A stretch of DNA of 64,000 nucleotides, taken from an uncultured delta proteobacterium. GTDB taxonomy: Bacteria; Desulfobacterota; Desulfobacteria; Desulfobacterales; B30-G6. The notes under the pieces are model-generated. The model did not search any database, was not told the origin of the DNA, and saw only the letters and a program-made list of their open reading frames with translations. The stretch lies in contig CAWGLD010000008.1 of the NCBI GenBank assembly GCA_963823335.1, positions 32,001-96,000 of the forward strand, given 5' to 3'. Positions 60,843-64,000 of this stretch are shown here, in pieces; the stretch's first letter is position 1; every line of letters begins with the position of its first letter. Position numbers and translations under genes: made by a program.

Positions 60843-61634
60843 CTATTTACTAAACGCCATCACTGCCTGGAAAAACTCGGGCGTGGTACAGCCGATGCTC
60901 TGGTTGCGGTTCTCTAACGCTACCGCAGCCTCCAGGGAAGGTGCATCCAGATTCTGGCGAATGGCCTCTTTGGTCATCCTGAGACCGAAGGGCGTTTTCC
61001 CCAACAGCGTACGCGCGGTTTCCAGGGCCTTGTTCATGAGTTCCCCTTCCCCGGCCAGACAACTGGCAAGCCCGATGCGATCAGCCTCTATTGCATTCAC
61101 TGTCCTGCCCGTCATCAATATTTCCGATGCTTTGGCACTTCCCACCATTTTTGGCAGAAAATAGGTCGTCCCCAATTCACCACCGGACAGACCGATATTG
61201 ATAAAAGACGGTATAAATGTAGCAGAAGGCCCGGCAATGATAATATCCGCTGCCAGTGCCAGACACATGCCACCACCGGCGGCAGGTCCGTTGACAGCCG
61301 CAATCACCGGCTGCGGCAGGCGGCGCATGCCGGTAATTACCCCTGAATATCGGTTCTGGATATGTTCCAGGTGCAGGGCAGCCGATGCAAATTTTTTGAG
61401 GTTTTCTTCGCTCATGAGCTGCTTGTCTTTGAGATCTGCCCCGGAGCAGAATCCCCGTCCACTGCCGGTCAGAATCAACACCCGCACCTGCTCATCCTTT
61501 TCCAACACATCATAAAGGGCATACAGATCGTCCAGCATCTGCAGGTTCATGGCATTCAGTCGATTAGATCGGTTCAGGGTAATCACGCCCAGCCCCGGCT
61601 CCGGTGTCTCGAACAACAGGGTTTTATAATCCAT
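60843..61634 (-). CDS. Enoyl-CoA hydratase/isomerase
   Basis: TLNR..RLNA, FCSGADL and PVIAAVNGPAAGGG; start 61634. Confidence 0.92.
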   Translation of the reverse strand: MDYKTLLFETPEPGLGVITLNRSNRLNAMNLQMLDDLYALYDVLEKDEQVRVLILTGSGRGFCSGADLKDKQLMSEENLKKFASAALHLEHIQNRYSGVITGMRRLPQPVIAAVNGPAAGGGMCLALAADIIIAGPSATFIPSFINIGLSGGELGTTYFLPKMVGSAKASEILMTGRTVNAIEADRIGLASCLAGEGELMNKALETARTLLGKTPFGLRMTKEAIRQNLDAPSLEAAVALENRNQSIGCTTPEFFQAVMAFSK

Positions 61635-61846
61635 GGGATACCTCGTAGTTTTGATAGTTGCCCTGCGGGCATTCGCCCTACGGGCTGTTATTTGCACTTC
61701 GTGCGATATTCGCCCTTGCGGGCTGTCATTAGCGCTGCGCGCGTTATTTATTGTCGCTATTCGCTATGAGCTATAAGCCGCTTAAGGCTTACCGCTTATA
61801 GCTTGTAGCTACCCTCGTATCCCCCTCGAACCCTTGGACCCTTTTA

Positions 61847-62104
61847 TCACGCCACCTCGATGATAAACATCAATTCTTCATCCTTGAGAGGCGACTCATT
61901 TTCGGCAACGACTTGCAAAATGGTCCCATTGACAGGAGACTTTACCTTCTGGAAGACCTTCATGGTTTCCAGGAGAGCGAGGACCTGTTTCTTTTTTACC
62001 ACATCGCCCACTTCCACATAGGAAGGTTCTTCCGGCGACGGTCTGTTGTAAAAAATACCCGACATGGGCGCCTTGACCTGCATCAGTTTTTTTGTTTCGG
62101 ACAT
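61847..62104 (-). CDS. Biotin carboxyl carrier protein
   Basis: APMSG.FY..PSP, VEVGD.V and ETMKV (biotinylated Lys); start 62104 after AGGAAG. Confidence 0.88.
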   Translation of the reverse strand: MSETKKLMQVKAPMSGIFYNRPSPEEPSYVEVGDVVKKKQVLALLETMKVFQKVKSPVNGTILQVVAENESPLKDEELMFIIEVA

Positions 62105-62430
62105 GAGATGTCTTCCTTTCCTAACATTTTCGTTTAGAGATACTGTCAAACGCGGCTTGGCCGCTTGTCTGAGAACATACATTTGCCCTATGGTCTGTCA
62201 TTAGCACTTCGTGCGACATTAGTCCTTCGGACGTAATTTGCGCTTCGCGCGTCATTTATTGTTGCTTAGAGCGGATAGCCACGATGTATGACACGAAGTA
62301 AATGACAGCGAAGCGTTATTAGCTTTTTAGCGGTTTAGACTGTAGGCTGTTAGGTGCCTTCCGCTAAATAGCTATTAGCCACCCTCCAACCCTTGTATCA
62401 CCCTCGTATCACCCTCCAACCCTATCTCTT

Positions 62431-63990
62431 TTATGTCGGCCCCGTCCGGGAGTGCAGTTTGGCCCGTCTGGGGTGTTTTTCATGCTTGTTCTTCGTCATG
62501 GCCAGGGCTTCGATTATTTTTTTTCTGGTGTCTTTGGGCTCGATAATTTCATCCACCATCTGGGCGGACCAGCTCCTGGCCGTTTCGAAAACGTCGAGTT
62601 TCTCCCGGGACCGATTCAGATAGCCCTGGTAGGCATCTTCTTCGATACCTTTCCCATAAATCTCCCGGTAATCCAGGTTGCTTGCTTCCACCGCCATTCT
62701 GGCAGTTGGCCAGGCATAGGTCACATCGACCCCGATGCCCTTGACCATACCCATGACCATGCCACCGGTATCACCATAGGCTTCTCGAATGATGACACTG
62801 ATCTTGGGGATGGTGGCCGTAGCATAGGTATCCAGGATTTTTCCAAAGTGCCTCAATAAGCCCCTGCCTTCCTGATCTTCACCCGGAACCACCGGGGGCG
62901 TATCCGTCAGCGTCACCAGAGGGATGCTGTATGCATCCAGGGCTTGTAAAAACCGGTAATACTTATCACAGGCATCGATATCCAGAAGCGTTCCCGCCTG
63001 GGCTGGATTGCTGGCAACAATGCCGGCAACCTCGCCGTTAAATCGGCAGAAACAGGTGATGATCTGCCTGGCATAATTATCCTTGACCTCGTAATAGCTA
63101 CCGTCATCGACGATCTCCTGAATGACTGCGTGCATATCGTAGGCAATGTCGTACTCTTCCGGAACAAGCTGCATCAAGGCAGGGACCTCCCGGTCAACGT
63201 CGTCCCGGGTCACCACCACAGGGGGTTTTTCCCTGAAGTTTGATGGCAGATAGCTTAAAAGCTGCCTTGTTTTTGCTATTGTTTCTTTGTCATCGGCCCC
63301 GACGACATCACAGGTGCCGCTGTATTCCATGTGATAGTCGGCACCCCCCACATTGTCGGCAATCTTTTCCGATGTGGCGGCCTGGGTCATTCTCGGACCG
63401 CCGAGCCACAGATGGGCTGTTTCCCTGCTCATCAACAGAAAATCGCACAGTACCGGACAGTAGGCCTGGCCGGCGATACAGGGTCCCATGAGAACATTGA
63501 TCTGAGGTATCATTCCGGAGTATCGGGATTCAAGGGCAAACCACCAGTCGATACCGGCCATGGGAACATCCCGGTAGCCGAGTCTTCCACCGGAAGAATC
63601 GAGCAGCCATACCATGGGAATCTGCCAGGCTGCAGCCATTTCGAGCAGTTCGATAAATTTCGTGGCATGCTGACATCCCAGAGACCCGCCCAGAACCGTA
63701 AAATCGCTGGCATAAACCGTAATCAGTCTTCCATCGACCTTTCCTGTTCCGATGACGGCACCATCACAGGGCGCATCCGTCTCTCTGCCATCGATCCTGG
63801 CACCCGTAGTATTGACAAACGATCCGAGTTCACTGAATGTCCCCGGATCCAGCAGAAAGTCGATCCGCTCCCGGGCGGTCAATTTTCCTCTTCCATGCTG
63901 TCTGTCAATGTGCTTCTGACCGCCACCCTGCAGATTCTTTTCCCTGATCACCTGCAGCCGCTTGATGGCCGCATCCATTTTTTTGCCCAT
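62431..63990 (-). CDS. Acyl-CoA carboxylase carboxyltransferase (beta) subunit
   Basis: GKLTARERI..LLD, DFTVLGGS, DSSGGR, DTP and DEIIEP..TR motifs. Confidence 0.9.
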   Translation of the reverse strand: MGKKMDAAIKRLQVIREKNLQGGGQKHIDRQHGRGKLTARERIDFLLDPGTFSELGSFVNTTGARIDGRETDAPCDGAVIGTGKVDGRLITVYASDFTVLGGSLGCQHATKFIELLEMAAAWQIPMVWLLDSSGGRLGYRDVPMAGIDWWFALESRYSGMIPQINVLMGPCIAGQAYCPVLCDFLLMSRETAHLWLGGPRMTQAATSEKIADNVGGADYHMEYSGTCDVVGADDKETIAKTRQLLSYLPSNFREKPPVVVTRDDVDREVPALMQLVPEEYDIAYDMHAVIQEIVDDGSYYEVKDNYARQIITCFCRFNGEVAGIVASNPAQAGTLLDIDACDKYYRFLQALDAYSIPLVTLTDTPPVVPGEDQEGRGLLRHFGKILDTYATATIPKISVIIREAYGDTGGMVMGMVKGIGVDVTYAWPTARMAVEASNLDYREIYGKGIEEDAYQGYLNRSREKLDVFETARSWSAQMVDEIIEPKDTRKKIIEALAMTKNKHEKHPRRAKLHSRTGPT

Positions 63991-64000
63991 AGTATGTCCT

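Noticed and set aside
45727-64000. Genomic island integrated at tRNA-Val
   Set aside because: Gene content turns accessory, but no integrase or duplicated tRNA 3' end was seen, and the same host repeat families continue through the region.

Overview
Bacterial chromosomal window, probably Desulfobacterota (Desulfobacterales-like). That placement is inferred from gene order (rpsF-rpsR-DUF2232-rplI-dnaB, a stand-alone atpZ/I/B/E block, yicC-remA-gmk, DUF4416) and was not checked by search. 1-8.2 kb: end of a Tad/Flp pilus locus (tadB and tadC frameshifted), then orphan exported proteins, one built from an 18-aa 'YDPE' repeat. 8.5-45.7 kb: core genes (ribosomal proteins, dnaB, hflX, suhB, a divergent dnaA, uvrA, F0 ATPase, pyrK, icd, gmk, fabZ-skp-bamA-lolD-lolC/E with no lpx genes, pilS/pilC, tRNA nucleotidyltransferase, trpS, scpAB, tRNA-Val). 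45.7-64 kb: accessory metabolism, including an unassigned glycyl radical enzyme with its activase and a double split-barrel protein, and a biotin/acyl-CoA catabolic operon. The most unusual layer is intergenic. Two copies of a TIR-bounded element (one with a perfect 8-bp target duplication) carry internally deleted four-helix-bundle (IVP/Avd-like) genes between inverted octamer arrays. The same kind of G-rich octamer array sits behind many stop codons with fixed strand polarity. There are also a gene-anchored double-hairpin REP-like family, arrays of GNA mini-hairpins and several TA-flanked MITEs. No transposase, integrase, reverse transcriptase or CRISPR array is visible in the window.
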